64,000 bases of DNA, from positions 1,556 to 65,555 of the forward strand of contig JAZKZH010000034.1 of the NCBI GenBank assembly GCA_045612545.1. Reading direction: 5' to 3'. Numbering within the stretch: position 1 is the stretch's first letter; the number at the start of each line of letters is the position of its first letter. Made by a program: the position numbers and the translations under genes. This DNA comes from Eubacteriales bacterium. GTDB lineage: Bacteria > Bacillota > Clostridia > Oscillospirales > CAG-382. Below, piece after piece: positions 33,868 through 43,802 of the stretch. The notes beneath the pieces were generated by a model. That model had not been told where the DNA came from. It saw only the letters and a list, made by a program, of their open reading frames with translations, and did no database searches.

Positions 33868-34052
33868 GGTTTTTGTCCTTTCCTTACGGTGGTCGTGGGG
33901 GCAACCCTGTGTGCGGGATGGGTTTGTTTACAGTTCATCCCATAATTCGACAAAAAAACTTTACAATTAATTGTAGCATTTTTTTCCGCCCTTGTCAAGA
34001 ATTTTTTTCGAAAAAAACGAAAAAATCCTTGTATGATTAGATTTTTCCGCCC

Positions 34053-34081
34053 TTGACATCCTTGCTTACTCATAGTATAAT
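34053..34081 (+). promoter_or_regulatory. consensus sigma-A promoter
   Basis: TTGACA (34053-34058), 17-nt spacer, TATAAT (34076-34081). The -35 context TTTTCCGCCCTTG(A/T)CA is duplicated at 33984-34000. Confidence 0.65.
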
Positions 34082-34122
34082 AAATGAGAAGAATGGTTGG
34101 TATAAAGGAGTTGTTCATAAAA

Positions 34123-34518
34123 ATGAGTACGTTGCATTTTTTGGGGGCGTCCATCGACGACTTTAGCTTTCAAAAAAACATCAAGCAGGATACGGGTATG
34201 CGGCTGGAGGCCACGGTGAAGTTTGCGGTGCGCCACAATGCCGAGACCAAGCAGTTTGCGGGGGATGCCACCGTTACCGTGCAGGATGCAGGCCACGAAG
34301 GGCTGTTCCGTTTGAAATTTCACCACGTAGGGGTGTTTTCCTGCCCCGACGTGAACACGGAGGACGAGGAGGAAAAACGCCGTCTCCACATGGAGGCCGC
34401 AGGGATGCTGCAGCCCCTTTGGAACCAGACCATCACTCTGTTTTCCGCCATGGTGGGCATCCCGCCCATCAAGCTGCCTCCTTACCGCGTGGCAGATCCC
34501 AACATCCGCACCTCTTGA
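34123..34518 (+). CDS. hypothetical protein, possibly SecB-like chaperone fold
   Basis: Size and pattern (LHFLGASIDDFSFQKN...; ...MLQPLWNQTITLFSAMVGIPPIKLPPY) loosely parallel SecB (F.I.RIY.KD.SFE ... LFPYARE.I....G.P.L.L.P). Weak. Confidence 0.35.
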   Translation: MSTLHFLGASIDDFSFQKNIKQDTGMRLEATVKFAVRHNAETKQFAGDATVTVQDAGHEGLFRLKFHHVGVFSCPDVNTEDEEEKRRLHMEAAGMLQPLWNQTITLFSAMVGIPPIKLPPYRVADPNIRTS

Positions 34519-34604
34519 AACATTTTTTAATAAATCGCAAGAAATCTATTGACAATCACATGATTATGTGTTATACTGAACTCGTAAGGAAGGGAGAGTA
34601 GCCT

Positions 34605-35831
34605 ATGGAACCCATACGTATCGCCGTCATTGGAGGCGGTCCCGCAGGTTTGTTTGCCGCCATTTTCGGGGCGGAATACGGCGGAGATGTCACTTTGTTT
34701 GAACAAAATCCCTTCTGCGGCAAGAAATTGAATATTACCGGCAAGGGCAGGTGCAATATCACCAACCTTTGCGATATGGAGACGTTTTTGCAAAACGTTC
34801 CCGTGAATCCCAGATTTTTGTACCGCGCCCTTTCGGAGTTTTTGCCGGAGGATACGGTGGCGTTCTTTGAATCCCGCGGGCTTCCCACCAAGGTGGAGCG
34901 GGGCAGACGGGTATTCCCTGTCAGCGACAAGGCAAGGGACGTGACGGATTGTCTGGTCAACGCCGCCAAGGAGGCAGGCGTCCGCATCCAAAAGGGTTGC
35001 GTGAAGGAACTGCTGTTGGAGGATGGCGCGGTGAAGGGCATTGTCCTGGACCATGGGAAAAAGCTTGCCTTTGACCGTGTGATTCTGGCAACGGGGGGCG
35101 CTTCCTATCCCCTCACAGGCTCCACGGGAGACGGTTACCGCTTCGCCAAGCAGGCGGGGCATACCGTGATCGATCCCAAGCCCTCCTTGGTGCCGCTGGT
35201 TTCCCCCGATCCCTTCTGCAAGAAGTGTATGGGACTTTCCCTGAAAAACGTGGGGATCTCCTTCGTGAAGGACGGGAAGACCCTGTACGAGGAGCAGGGA
35301 GAGATGATGCTCACCCACTTCGGTGTGACAGGCCCGGTGATCCTTTCCGCTTCCGCCCACTTGGGGCATAAATATCCGGTGGAATTGCATTTGGATATGA
35401 AGCCCGCCTTGGATCACAAGACCTTGGAGAACCGCTTGCTCCGTGAGTTTGCCGCGGCAAGCAACAAGGATCTGAGCAATTGCATGGGAGCGTTGCTTCC
35501 CTCCTCCATGATCCCCCATTTTCTGGCAAAGGCGGGAATCGACGGCACGCTGAAGGTACATTCCGTTACGAAAGAAATCCGCAAAAAGCTTTGCGACAAC
35601 TTGAAGAACATCACCGTCACCATCACCGGCACACGACCCATTGAGGAAGCCATTGTTACCAGCGGCGGGGTGAAGGTCACCGAGATCGACCCCCGTTCTA
35701 TGGAGTCCAAGCTGGTCTCCGGGCTGTTCTTCGCGGGAGAGGTGCTGGACGTGGACGCCTACACCGGGGGCTATAACCTGCAGATCGCCTACGCCACGGG
35801 AAGATTGGCGGGAATCAGCTCGGTGCAATAA
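34605..35831 (+). CDS. NAD(P)/FAD-dependent oxidoreductase, HI0933/BaiN-like flavoprotein
   Basis: IAVIGGGPAGLFAA dinucleotide fold, KLNITGKGRCNITN, and C-terminal GLFFAGEVLDVDAYTGGYNLQ.A.ATG. Confidence 0.8.
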   Translation: MEPIRIAVIGGGPAGLFAAIFGAEYGGDVTLFEQNPFCGKKLNITGKGRCNITNLCDMETFLQNVPVNPRFLYRALSEFLPEDTVAFFESRGLPTKVERGRRVFPVSDKARDVTDCLVNAAKEAGVRIQKGCVKELLLEDGAVKGIVLDHGKKLAFDRVILATGGASYPLTGSTGDGYRFAKQAGHTVIDPKPSLVPLVSPDPFCKKCMGLSLKNVGISFVKDGKTLYEEQGEMMLTHFGVTGPVILSASAHLGHKYPVELHLDMKPALDHKTLENRLLREFAAASNKDLSNCMGALLPSSMIPHFLAKAGIDGTLKVHSVTKEIRKKLCDNLKNITVTITGTRPIEEAIVTSGGVKVTEIDPRSMESKLVSGLFFAGEVLDVDAYTGGYNLQIAYATGRLAGISSVQ

Positions 35832-35888
35832 AGTGGCAACTAAAGGTCGCAAATGTTAAGTTGTTTTGCGAGCGAACCTGCCTCAACC

Positions 35889-36187
35889 GTCATCCTGAGC
35901 AAGCCGCGAATGCGGCGCGTCGAAGTTTTGCGGAGAAAGCAAGGTGCTTTAGCACCGTTCGGAGCAAAACCGAAGCCTGCGATAGCGGGCTGAGGGATCT
36001 CCTACGAGTTTGATCTACCCCTACATGGATAAACTTACATCCTTTTTTGATGGAACAGTTCTTTACCCCCCCCAAAAAGGAACATCAGACTCTCAGTAGA
36101 TCCCGCCTGCGGCGCTTTTTGATGCTCAGCGCTACGCGCTTCGACTACAAAAAGTTCGACTCACGCTTCGCGTTCGCTCAGGATGAC
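35889..36187. repeat. nested-palindrome composite element, copy E5 (299 bp)
   Basis: GTCATCCTGAG at 35889, core at 35994-36104, right arm CTTTTTG/CAAAAAG identical to the right arm of E3, CTCAGGATGAC ending at 36187. Confidence 0.8.
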
Positions 36188-36227
36188 ACACAGACATGGC
36201 CGCATACCGCCGACAAGAACTGCTGTG

Positions 36228-36345
36228 CAAGGAAGTGGCTTCGCCAATGAAGTTGCGACCAAAGGTCGCAAATGTTCAGTTGTTTCGGGAACGAAACGGC
36301 CTTGCGCTTTGATCCAAAGGTTCCAAAAACGGCTATGGCCGTTTT
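36228..36345. repeat. module D copy
   Basis: GGAAGTGGCTTCGCCAATGAAGTTGCGACCAAAGGTCGCAAATGTT..GTTGTTTCGGGAACGAAACGGCCTTGCGCTTTGATCCAAAGGTTCCAAAAACGGC..GCCGTTTTTGG matches 2474-2590. A partial copy lies at 35832-35870. Confidence 0.75.
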
Positions 36346-36444
36346 TGGAACTGCTGGCAGTGAACAAGTCGCCTCGTCAGTACGTCTCCCTCATTTTTCA
36401 ACGAAAAAACAAAAACATACATACATTTCGAAAGGAAAAACACT

Positions 36445-37461
36445 ATGGTATTATTCGCAATCGGTTTGGTGGCAATTGTCGCCATGTTCATCTTTTTCGG
36501 CTTCTCCATGGAGAAGTATTCCGAATTCGGAAAGGTGAAGCAGAAGCCCGTTTGGAAAATGAACGGCAAGCAGTTTATCGCTTTGGCAGGTTTGATCATC
36601 GTGGGCCTTGCCTGCGTGACCTCCGTGCCTACCGGTCACACCGGCATCGTTACCACCTTCGGTAAGGTGGAGGACTACACCTTCGAGGCGGGCGTTCACT
36701 TCAAAATGCCTTGGCAGGACGTGGTCAAGCTGGACAACCGTAACCAGAAGGGTTCTCTCACCATGACCTGCTTCTCCAGCGATATTCAGGAGGTCAGCGT
36801 GGTCTACTCCGTGAACTATCAGATCGAAAAGACCAACGCCCAGGAGATCTACCGTTCCATCGGCGTTTCCTACTACGAAACCGTAATGATCCCCCGTATC
36901 CAGGAGGCTGTGAAGAGTGTTGTTGCTCAGTACACCGCCGATGAGCTGGTGGAAAACCGTAACGAGCTTTCCGTGAAGATCATGGGCATTCTCACCCAGG
37001 ATCTGGCGGCGTATAACATCGAAGTGCTTTCCACTGCCGTGGAGGATATGGACTTTACCGACGCCTTCACCAACGCAGTAGAGGCCAAGCAGGTTGCCGC
37101 TCAGAACAAGCTGCAGGCGGAGATCGCTCAGCAGCAGGCCATTATGGAGGCGGAAGCCGCCGCAGAGCGTAAGGTCATCGAGGCCCAGGCCCAGGCAGAG
37201 ACCGACAAGATCAAGGCCAACGCTGAGGCAGAGGTAAAGAAGATCGAGGCTGACGCCGCAGAATACGTGGGCGAAAAGGAAGCGGAGATCAACAAAATGC
37301 TGGCAGAATCCATGACCGCAGAGCTGTTGCAGTTCTACCTGCTGGAGGCTTGGGACGGTAAGCTTCCCGAAACCTTCGTGGGGGATGACGGCAACGTGAT
37401 GTCCATTCTGGATTTGGCTGCTCTTCTGCAGCAACAGCAGGAAGCTACTCCCGCTGAATAA
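36445..37461 (+). CDS. SPFH/band-7 (prohibitin-like) membrane protein
   Basis: N-terminal TM segment, then TGHTGIVTTFGKVED..F.AGVHFKMPW..V..LD.R and a long Ala/Glu/Gln coiled-coil tail. Confidence 0.8.
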   Translation: MVLFAIGLVAIVAMFIFFGFSMEKYSEFGKVKQKPVWKMNGKQFIALAGLIIVGLACVTSVPTGHTGIVTTFGKVEDYTFEAGVHFKMPWQDVVKLDNRNQKGSLTMTCFSSDIQEVSVVYSVNYQIEKTNAQEIYRSIGVSYYETVMIPRIQEAVKSVVAQYTADELVENRNELSVKIMGILTQDLAAYNIEVLSTAVEDMDFTDAFTNAVEAKQVAAQNKLQAEIAQQQAIMEAEAAAERKVIEAQAQAETDKIKANAEAEVKKIEADAAEYVGEKEAEINKMLAESMTAELLQFYLLEAWDGKLPETFVGDDGNVMSILDLAALLQQQQEATPAE

Positions 37462-37518
37462 AGAATAGCAACGAACAAGGGGGCTTCTCGTGAAAGAAGT
37501 CCCCTTGCTTTTTATTTT

Positions 37519-39750
37519 TTATAAAGCCTTTTCCAAAAGCTCTGCCGCTTGTTGCAGTACCCTTGCGGGGAGGTCTTTGCTGACCGTGGGGGTCAAAGGA
37601 CGTTCCTCAAAGGTGGCCACGTTTTCCTTGCAGAAGGCAAGCAGGGCTTCTTTGTCGTAGCTTCCTGCGGTGAGTTGTGACCCCAGATACTGCCATTCCG
37701 GCAGATACAGCTCCCACACGCACTCCGTGACCGCACTGCGGCAATACAGATTATCGCAATTCCGCTTTAAGGTGGGGGTGAAGGCAGGGTTCACCGGGGC
37801 GGTTTCGTTTAACCTCTGCAGGGTGTCAAACAAAGAATACTCTTGATTGGAGGCCAAAAAGTCTCCGTACAGGGCAAGGAGGGCAACCAGCTTTTCCACC
37901 GTAGCCTGCACCGCTTCTCCCCTGCTGTACTGTCTGCAAACCGTCAAGGTCAAGCCGTTGAGGTAGCGGGTGAGGATGGTGCGGGCGAGATCGTAAAGAT
38001 CACGGGTCTCCTGCCCGTCCTCCTGCCCTAACAGCAAGGCGATCTTGCGGAGACACCAAACGGCGTTTTGGCGGTGGGTCTCCAGGGGGAGTAAATAATC
38101 GTCGTAGCGGGGGTCGTCCTTGCGGAAATCCAGCTCCCACGCGGCGCGGCAGAAGATATCCGTCTCTGCCCAAGGGGTAACGGCTTCATACTTGCTCCAA
38201 GACATAAGTCCCGCCAAGGGAAGCACCTTTTCCCAAAGGGCAAGCATCTCTTCCCCGTGGGTGTAACGCTCCTTACAGAAGGCTTTCAACTGTTCTCCAA
38301 CAGGCAGTTCCGAGATCTCCCAAGCGTTTTTGGCGAAGAATTCCGTCATAAAGGGGTCGCCGTGGGAGCATTCCGGCCAGAACACCATTCCCTTGCAGAA
38401 GGGATCGTTTTTCGCCTTTTCCAAGCGCTCTGCCAGCATGGGGTAATCTCCCCGCAGCTCGTTTGACGGCTCGTAGGCATGGAAGATGCCGAAGATCCAG
38501 GGGAAGCTCCCCTCCACGCCCCAGGTGCGGAAGTTGCTCCCCCGCATGGAATCGGCGGTGTAATCCAAAAGAATCACCTGCTCCTTGTCCAGCTGGGCGA
38601 GGAGCTTTTTCACCTCCTCGGGGGTGTAGAACATCCACAGATCCCAGCTTGCCAAGAGAAGCTTTGAGCCCGGGTATTGCTCCCGCAATCTGCGGCAGAT
38701 GAGGCGGTAGGTCAGTAGCTTGAGGCGCAGATTTTCTTCTCGGTCATGGGAAAAAGCCCGTTCCGCCAGCCCGATGGTGTGGAACAGCCCCGTCTGACCG
38801 TATTCACGGACGTGTGTATCGGTGAGGCGGAAGTAGAGGTCTAAGTTTTCTTCTTTACGAATATCCCAAACCAACCCCGTCGCCTCGGCGTAGTTGGTGT
38901 CCTTCGGCTGGGAAAGCAGGGAGGGGCGCTTGTTCTCCAGGAAATCCACGGGGGTGCGGGAATACCAATGGGTCATGGTGCCGCAATCCTCGGGAAGCAA
39001 TAGGTCGCGGTCCTTGGCGTATTGCAAAATCTCCTTCCGCAAGTCCCCGCGGAAATGAAGATCCCAAAACAAGGTACGGTCGTTGAAGCCGTAGCCCGTA
39101 AAAGGAAGGCTTTCCTTGGGGGAGGGGTAGTCCACCGCCTCGGGGAAGGCTTTTTGGAACAGATCGTCCTGCCCGATGCGCAACATCAGCAGGTTTAGCC
39201 GCTTTTTCACCAGCCAATCGATCTCCTGCCGCCAATCCTCTATGCTCCAATGCTCCGCTTGGAAGCGGTGCAGCCCTCTGTGGGCGAAGTAGCGGGTGCC
39301 GCGGTAGAGGAACTTGGTGTTTTCCGTGAGGTGGATATTTTCCAAGGGCAGGGAATCTGCTTTGGGGAGCTTGTCCCCGTCCCAAAACCACTTGCAACCT
39401 AAGTATACTTCGAAATATCTGTACACGGCGTAGAGGGTGCTTCTTCCCCGCCCGCCCCACAAAAGCAAGGAGTTATGCCCTTTGAGGATGGTGGAATGGA
39501 TGGCGTACCCTTCCCCGCCGCAGGGCACGGGGAGAAGCTCCCTACATTCCCTTGCCAGCAGGTTGGCATCGTCCCCGCCGATGACCACCAACCGCAGGGA
39601 GGGGTGAGCAGGCAGGGCCTCGATGGCCGCTACGTCGGTGACAATGCCGGGGCGTTCCCCGGTGATTTTGTAGCACAGGGCGCAGAATTCCTCTGCGGCG
39701 ATGGTATACGCCTTGTGGGCGTTATGGGGGCGCACGATGAGAAGGCTCAT
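37519..39750 (-). CDS. alpha-N-acetylglucosaminidase-like glycoside hydrolase (GH89-like)
   Basis: EHWSIEDWRQEIDWLVKKRLNLLML parallels the NAGLU W.RWEREIDWMAL.GINL segment. Later blocks (LLLASWDLW...; FPWIFGIFHAYE) parallel the TIM-barrel region. No signal peptide seen. Confidence 0.55.
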   Translation of the reverse strand: MSLLIVRPHNAHKAYTIAAEEFCALCYKITGERPGIVTDVAAIEALPAHPSLRLVVIGGDDANLLARECRELLPVPCGGEGYAIHSTILKGHNSLLLWGGRGRSTLYAVYRYFEVYLGCKWFWDGDKLPKADSLPLENIHLTENTKFLYRGTRYFAHRGLHRFQAEHWSIEDWRQEIDWLVKKRLNLLMLRIGQDDLFQKAFPEAVDYPSPKESLPFTGYGFNDRTLFWDLHFRGDLRKEILQYAKDRDLLLPEDCGTMTHWYSRTPVDFLENKRPSLLSQPKDTNYAEATGLVWDIRKEENLDLYFRLTDTHVREYGQTGLFHTIGLAERAFSHDREENLRLKLLTYRLICRRLREQYPGSKLLLASWDLWMFYTPEEVKKLLAQLDKEQVILLDYTADSMRGSNFRTWGVEGSFPWIFGIFHAYEPSNELRGDYPMLAERLEKAKNDPFCKGMVFWPECSHGDPFMTEFFAKNAWEISELPVGEQLKAFCKERYTHGEEMLALWEKVLPLAGLMSWSKYEAVTPWAETDIFCRAAWELDFRKDDPRYDDYLLPLETHRQNAVWCLRKIALLLGQEDGQETRDLYDLARTILTRYLNGLTLTVCRQYSRGEAVQATVEKLVALLALYGDFLASNQEYSLFDTLQRLNETAPVNPAFTPTLKRNCDNLYCRSAVTECVWELYLPEWQYLGSQLTAGSYDKEALLAFCKENVATFEERPLTPTVSKDLPARVLQQAAELLEKAL

Positions 39751-39774
39751 AGGTTTTCCCCTTTCCGAATGGCT

Positions 39775-40776
39775 TTATAGAAGGGTGTCCAGCACGGTGG
39801 CTACGCGGGAGGCCAACAGCGTCTTGGTGGGCGGGTGGATCTGATCCTTTTCGCAGATGTCCGCGCAGGGAATGGCCGCGGTGTGGGGGACGGTCTCTCC
39901 AACACGCTTTTGGGCTTCCTGCACCAAGTGCCAGCCGTCGTCGTTGCGGGGGTCAAAATCCGCGATGACGATCACCGCTACGGGAAGATCGGGCTGACGA
40001 AAATCCTTCCGCAGGGTCTCGATGAACAAAGTCAGTTCCTTGTGGTAGATGGTACCCTCCGCCTCGGTGGTGTCGCTTTCCCCTTGGTACCATACCACGG
40101 CGGAAAGGGAGAAGGGGAAGATCTGGGTGAGGGCGTATTGGTACAGCACCCCGTCCCCGTTCCACTGGCCGTAAATGCCGTGGGTGTGGTCTACGTGGCG
40201 TTTATCCAAGGGCAGGGAGATGCCGTTTGCCGCCAAAATCCCCGCGGGGAGCCAGCTTTCGATGGCGGAAGCCCCTTGGTAAGCGGTGATGATGCCCACG
40301 GGAGTATCGTGACTGCGGGCGCGTTCCTTGCCGATGAGGTAGCCCAAGGCACTCCAATCCGCCAGATCGGATTTTTCCGCCGTTACCCAGCCGTCCTCGG
40401 GGGTGAAGCGGTCGGTTTTTTCGATGCGATGGGTGGAGAACATCCGCAGACGGGGCTCGGATTCATAAAGCTCCTGCGGTGTGTTGGACTCGTTGAGCTT
40501 AAACTGCATATTGGATTGCCCCGCCATCAAGTAGACCTCCCCCACGTATACGTCAGTGAGGGTGATGAGGGTGCCGTTCAGAGTGATCTCTGCGGTGTAA
40601 GGGCCGCCGTAAGGCATGGGAGGCAGTTCAGCCAGCCAAAAACCGCCTGCACTTTCCACAGTTTGAGTCTCCCCTGCGAAGGAGATCTCCGCCTTGCCTG
40701 CACCCTCGCCGTAAAAACGGATGGGCTGATTGGCGGCAAAAACCATGTGGGAATGGAAAATCGGGTTCAGTTTCAT
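39775..40776 (-). CDS. sialate O-acetylesterase-like (DUF303/SGNH) protein
   Basis: VGEVYLMAGQSNMQF (GQSNM motif) and VVWYQGESD. Start taken at MKLNPIF (40776). Confidence 0.7.
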   Translation of the reverse strand: MKLNPIFHSHMVFAANQPIRFYGEGAGKAEISFAGETQTVESAGGFWLAELPPMPYGGPYTAEITLNGTLITLTDVYVGEVYLMAGQSNMQFKLNESNTPQELYESEPRLRMFSTHRIEKTDRFTPEDGWVTAEKSDLADWSALGYLIGKERARSHDTPVGIITAYQGASAIESWLPAGILAANGISLPLDKRHVDHTHGIYGQWNGDGVLYQYALTQIFPFSLSAVVWYQGESDTTEAEGTIYHKELTLFIETLRKDFRQPDLPVAVIVIADFDPRNDDGWHLVQEAQKRVGETVPHTAAIPCADICEKDQIHPPTKTLLASRVATVLDTLL

Positions 40777-40921
40777 GGGGGTGTCCTGCCTTTTTCGTTT
40801 CGTTTTCTTTAGTGTAGCATAAAAGAACGGGATTTGCAAGAAAAAAATGAAGGTTTTGGAAGGAAGGTATGTTTTATGCCGGCTTTTGCTAAGGCGTATA
40901 CCAAACCCTCATCCCAGCCTG

Positions 40922-41100
40922 CCATCTCTGAGCATACATTTCAAAACGCAAGGCTTGGAAGGATGTAAGTTTACCCGTGAAGGGGTAGATCGGACTCATA
41001 GGAGACCCCTCAACCTGCAAGCAGGTCTCGGTTTCCTTCGCTCAGCTTCGCTTCGACTACGGAAACTTCGACTCGCGCGAGCGCGCTCGCTCAGGGTGAC
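40922..41100. repeat. truncated composite element, copy E6
   Basis: CATCTCTGAGC at 40922, half core (GGATGTAAGTTTACCCGTGAAGGGGTAGATCGGACTCATAGGAGACCCC), right arm GTTTCC/GGAAAC, CTCAGGGTGAC ending at 41100. Confidence 0.65.
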
Positions 41101-41153
41101 AATCGGGGTGGGTGCGGCAATTTCCTCAGTGCATTCACGTTAAACCCTCGGTC

Positions 41154-41472
41154 ACATCTCCATACTCACGTCTGCTTGCACTACACAGGTGTCCGGGGGT
41201 AACCGTAACGGACTCCCGGGTACTAACGCCCGGAAATTTGCACCATACCATGAAAAACGACATGAATCAAAACTGATCCATGTCGCTTTTGTAGGTCATG
41301 TCGTTTTTGGGGCGTGAGGAACCGATGGTAACATCTCCATACTCACGTCTGCTTGCACTACACTCAAAAAAACGACATGAATTGTTTCCAATCCATGTCG
41401 CTTTCTGTGCCATGTCGTTTTTTAGGTGTCCGGGGGTAACCGTAACGGACAGCTGAGTACTAATGCCCGGAC
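41154..41472. repeat. shuffled duplication X-Y-Z / X-Z-Y downstream of tpiA
   Basis: X at 41154-41186 = 41331-41363. Y at 41187-41235 resembles 41424-41472. Z at 41253-41308 resembles 41366-41423 (a long A5/T5-flanked hairpin AAAAACGACATGA...TCATGTCGTTTTT). Confidence 0.75.
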
Positions 41473-42249
41473 TTAAGCTTGGGCGGCAGAGATAATTGCG
41501 GAGAAGTCTGCTGCCTTGAGTGCGGCGCCGCCGATGAGGCCGCCGTCAACGTTGGTCTTGCCCAACAGCTCAGCAGCGTTCTTAGCGTTCATAGAACCGC
41601 CGTACTGGATGGTGGTAGCCTCTGCAACAGCCTCGCCGTACAGAGTAGCCAAGGTAGCGCGGATGTGAGCGCAAACCTCTTCTGCCTGGTCGGAGGTAGC
41701 GGTCTTGCCGGTACCGATTGCCCAAACGGGCTCGTAAGCGATGATGATGTTAGCCATCTGCTCTGCGGTGATGTCCAGCAGGTCGATCTTGGTCTGCATA
41801 GCGATGATCTCGGAGGTGATGCCCTGCTCACGCTGCTCCAACAGCTCGCCTACGCAGAGGATAACCTTCAGGCCTGCCTCCAGAGCAGCCTTAACGCGCT
41901 GGTTAACGGTGAGGTCGGTTTCGCCGAAGTACTGACGTCTCTCGGAGTGACCGATGATCACGTACTCAACGCCGCATGCTACCAGCATATCAGCGGAGAT
42001 CTCGCCGGTGTAAGCGCCGCTCTTTGCCCAGTGGCAGTTCTCAGCGCCGATCTTGATGAAGGAGCCTGCAGCTGCCTTAACAGCCGCATCGATATCAACG
42101 TAGGGAACGCAAGCGATTACTTCGCATCCGCTAACGTCCTTACCCTCGTTTGCCGCAAGGATCTCGCCGATGAGCTGAGTTGCCTCTGCGGGGGTCTTGT
42201 TCATTTTCCAGTTGCCGGCAATAACTGCCTTTCTGACTGCCTTATTCAT
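41473..42249 (-). CDS. tpiA: triosephosphate isomerase
   Basis: IAGNWKMNK, VIIGHSERR and AYEPVWAIGTG motifs. Confidence 0.97.
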   Translation of the reverse strand: MNKAVRKAVIAGNWKMNKTPAEATQLIGEILAANEGKDVSGCEVIACVPYVDIDAAVKAAAGSFIKIGAENCHWAKSGAYTGEISADMLVACGVEYVIIGHSERRQYFGETDLTVNQRVKAALEAGLKVILCVGELLEQREQGITSEIIAMQTKIDLLDITAEQMANIIIAYEPVWAIGTGKTATSDQAEEVCAHIRATLATLYGEAVAEATTIQYGGSMNAKNAAELLGKTNVDGGLIGGAALKAADFSAIISAAQA

Positions 42250-42472
42250 AATGATAATTCCTTTCTTTTTTCAAACGCGAAGCGTTTTACAATAAATTTG
42301 CGTCGCATGCCCGAATTCATTTCGGGCATAAAGACACCGATTTCGGTTTTTCGGGCGGGACGCACGAAAAATTCCGAGTTGCACGAGGAACCCCCTTTGG
42401 GGGCTCGCATTCCGCGGAAGGAATGCGGAAACCATGGGAAGTGCTTGACACTTCCCATGGAAAGCGAAGCTT

Positions 42473-43678
42473 TTATCTATCGGTCATTGCTGCGATGCCG
42501 GGCAGGTCGATGCCTTCCAGATATTCCAGAGAAGCGCCGCCGCCGGTGGAGATGTGGCTCATCTTGTCACCGAAGCCCAGGGTATTAACAGCTGCTGCAG
42601 AGTCGCCGCCGCCGATGATGGTGGTAGCCTCGGTCTCAGCCATAGCCTTAGCCACAGCGATGGTACCTGCCGCCAGAGTGGGGTTCTCGAACACGCCCAT
42701 GGGGCCGTTCCAAACCACGGTCTTTGCGCCCAGAACCTCGGAAGCGAACAGCTCGCGAGTCTTGGGGCCGATGTCCAGACCCATCATATCCTCGGGAATC
42801 TCGGTGGAATCAACGGTGATGGTCTCGATCTCAGCATCGATGGGGTTGGGGAAGGAAGCCGCGCAAACGGTATCCACGGGGAGCAACAGCTTCACGCCGT
42901 TCTCTTTTGCCTTTGCCAGCATATCGCGGCAGTAATCCAGCTTCTCGTTGTCAACCAAGGAGGTACCGATGGAGTAGCCCTGTGCCTTCAGGAAGGTGTA
43001 AGCCATACCGCCGCCGATGATCAGGGTGTCTGCCTTGGTGAGCAGGTTTGCGATAACGTTCAGCTTGTCTGCAACCTTTGCGCCGCCCAGAATGCAAACG
43101 AAGGGACGAACGGGGTTGTTGACAGCGTCGCCAAGGAACTTCACTTCCTTAGCCATCAGGTAGCCGTTTGCGGATTCCTTAACGAAGGAAGCAACGCCAA
43201 CGGTAGAGCAGTGTGCGCGGTGAGCGGCACCGAATGCGTCGTTAACGAACAGGTCTGCCAGGGAAGCCAGATCGCGGGAGAAGGCCTCCACGTTCTTGGT
43301 CTCCTCGGGGCGGTAACGGGTGTTCTGGAGAAGAACAACGTCGCCATCCTGCATAGCGGCAACTGCTGCCTTTGCGTTTTCGCCTACGACCTCGTCGTCA
43401 GCGGCAAACACAACGTTCTTGCCCAGCTTTTCGGAAAGGCGAACGGCAACGGGAGCCAAAGAGTATTCGGGCAGAGGATTGCCCTTGGGCTTGCCCATGT
43501 GGGAGCAAAGGATGACCTTTGCGTTCTGCTCCAGCAGATACTTGATGGTGGGCAGGGCTGCAACGATACGGGTCTCGTCGGTGATGACACCGTTCTTGAT
43601 CGGCACGTTGAAGTCACAGCGTACCAATACACGCTGACCGGTTACTTTGAGATCTTCTACGGTTTTCTTTGCGTTCAT
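42473..43678 (-). CDS. pgk: phosphoglycerate kinase
   Basis: [27 protein letters not shown] and [13 protein letters not shown] motifs. Start at MNAKK (43678) with GGAG upstream. Confidence 0.97.
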   Translation of the reverse strand: MNAKKTVEDLKVTGQRVLVRCDFNVPIKNGVITDETRIVAALPTIKYLLEQNAKVILCSHMGKPKGNPLPEYSLAPVAVRLSEKLGKNVVFAADDEVVGENAKAAVAAMQDGDVVLLQNTRYRPEETKNVEAFSRDLASLADLFVNDAFGAAHRAHCSTVGVASFVKESANGYLMAKEVKFLGDAVNNPVRPFVCILGGAKVADKLNVIANLLTKADTLIIGGGMAYTFLKAQGYSIGTSLVDNEKLDYCRDMLAKAKENGVKLLLPVDTVCAASFPNPIDAEIETITVDSTEIPEDMMGLDIGPKTRELFASEVLGAKTVVWNGPMGVFENPTLAAGTIAVAKAMAETEATTIIGGGDSAAAVNTLGFGDKMSHISTGGGASLEYLEGIDLPGIAAMTDR

Positions 43679-43802
43679 GATAAACTCCTCTGTATAAATG
43701 TTATTGTTTTCCAATGGTCATTTTACCACATTCATGGCGGTTCGTCAAGCGTTAGGCGCATGATTTTCACCCTTATGGGCAGGGATTTTTTGTGGATTCT
43801 TC

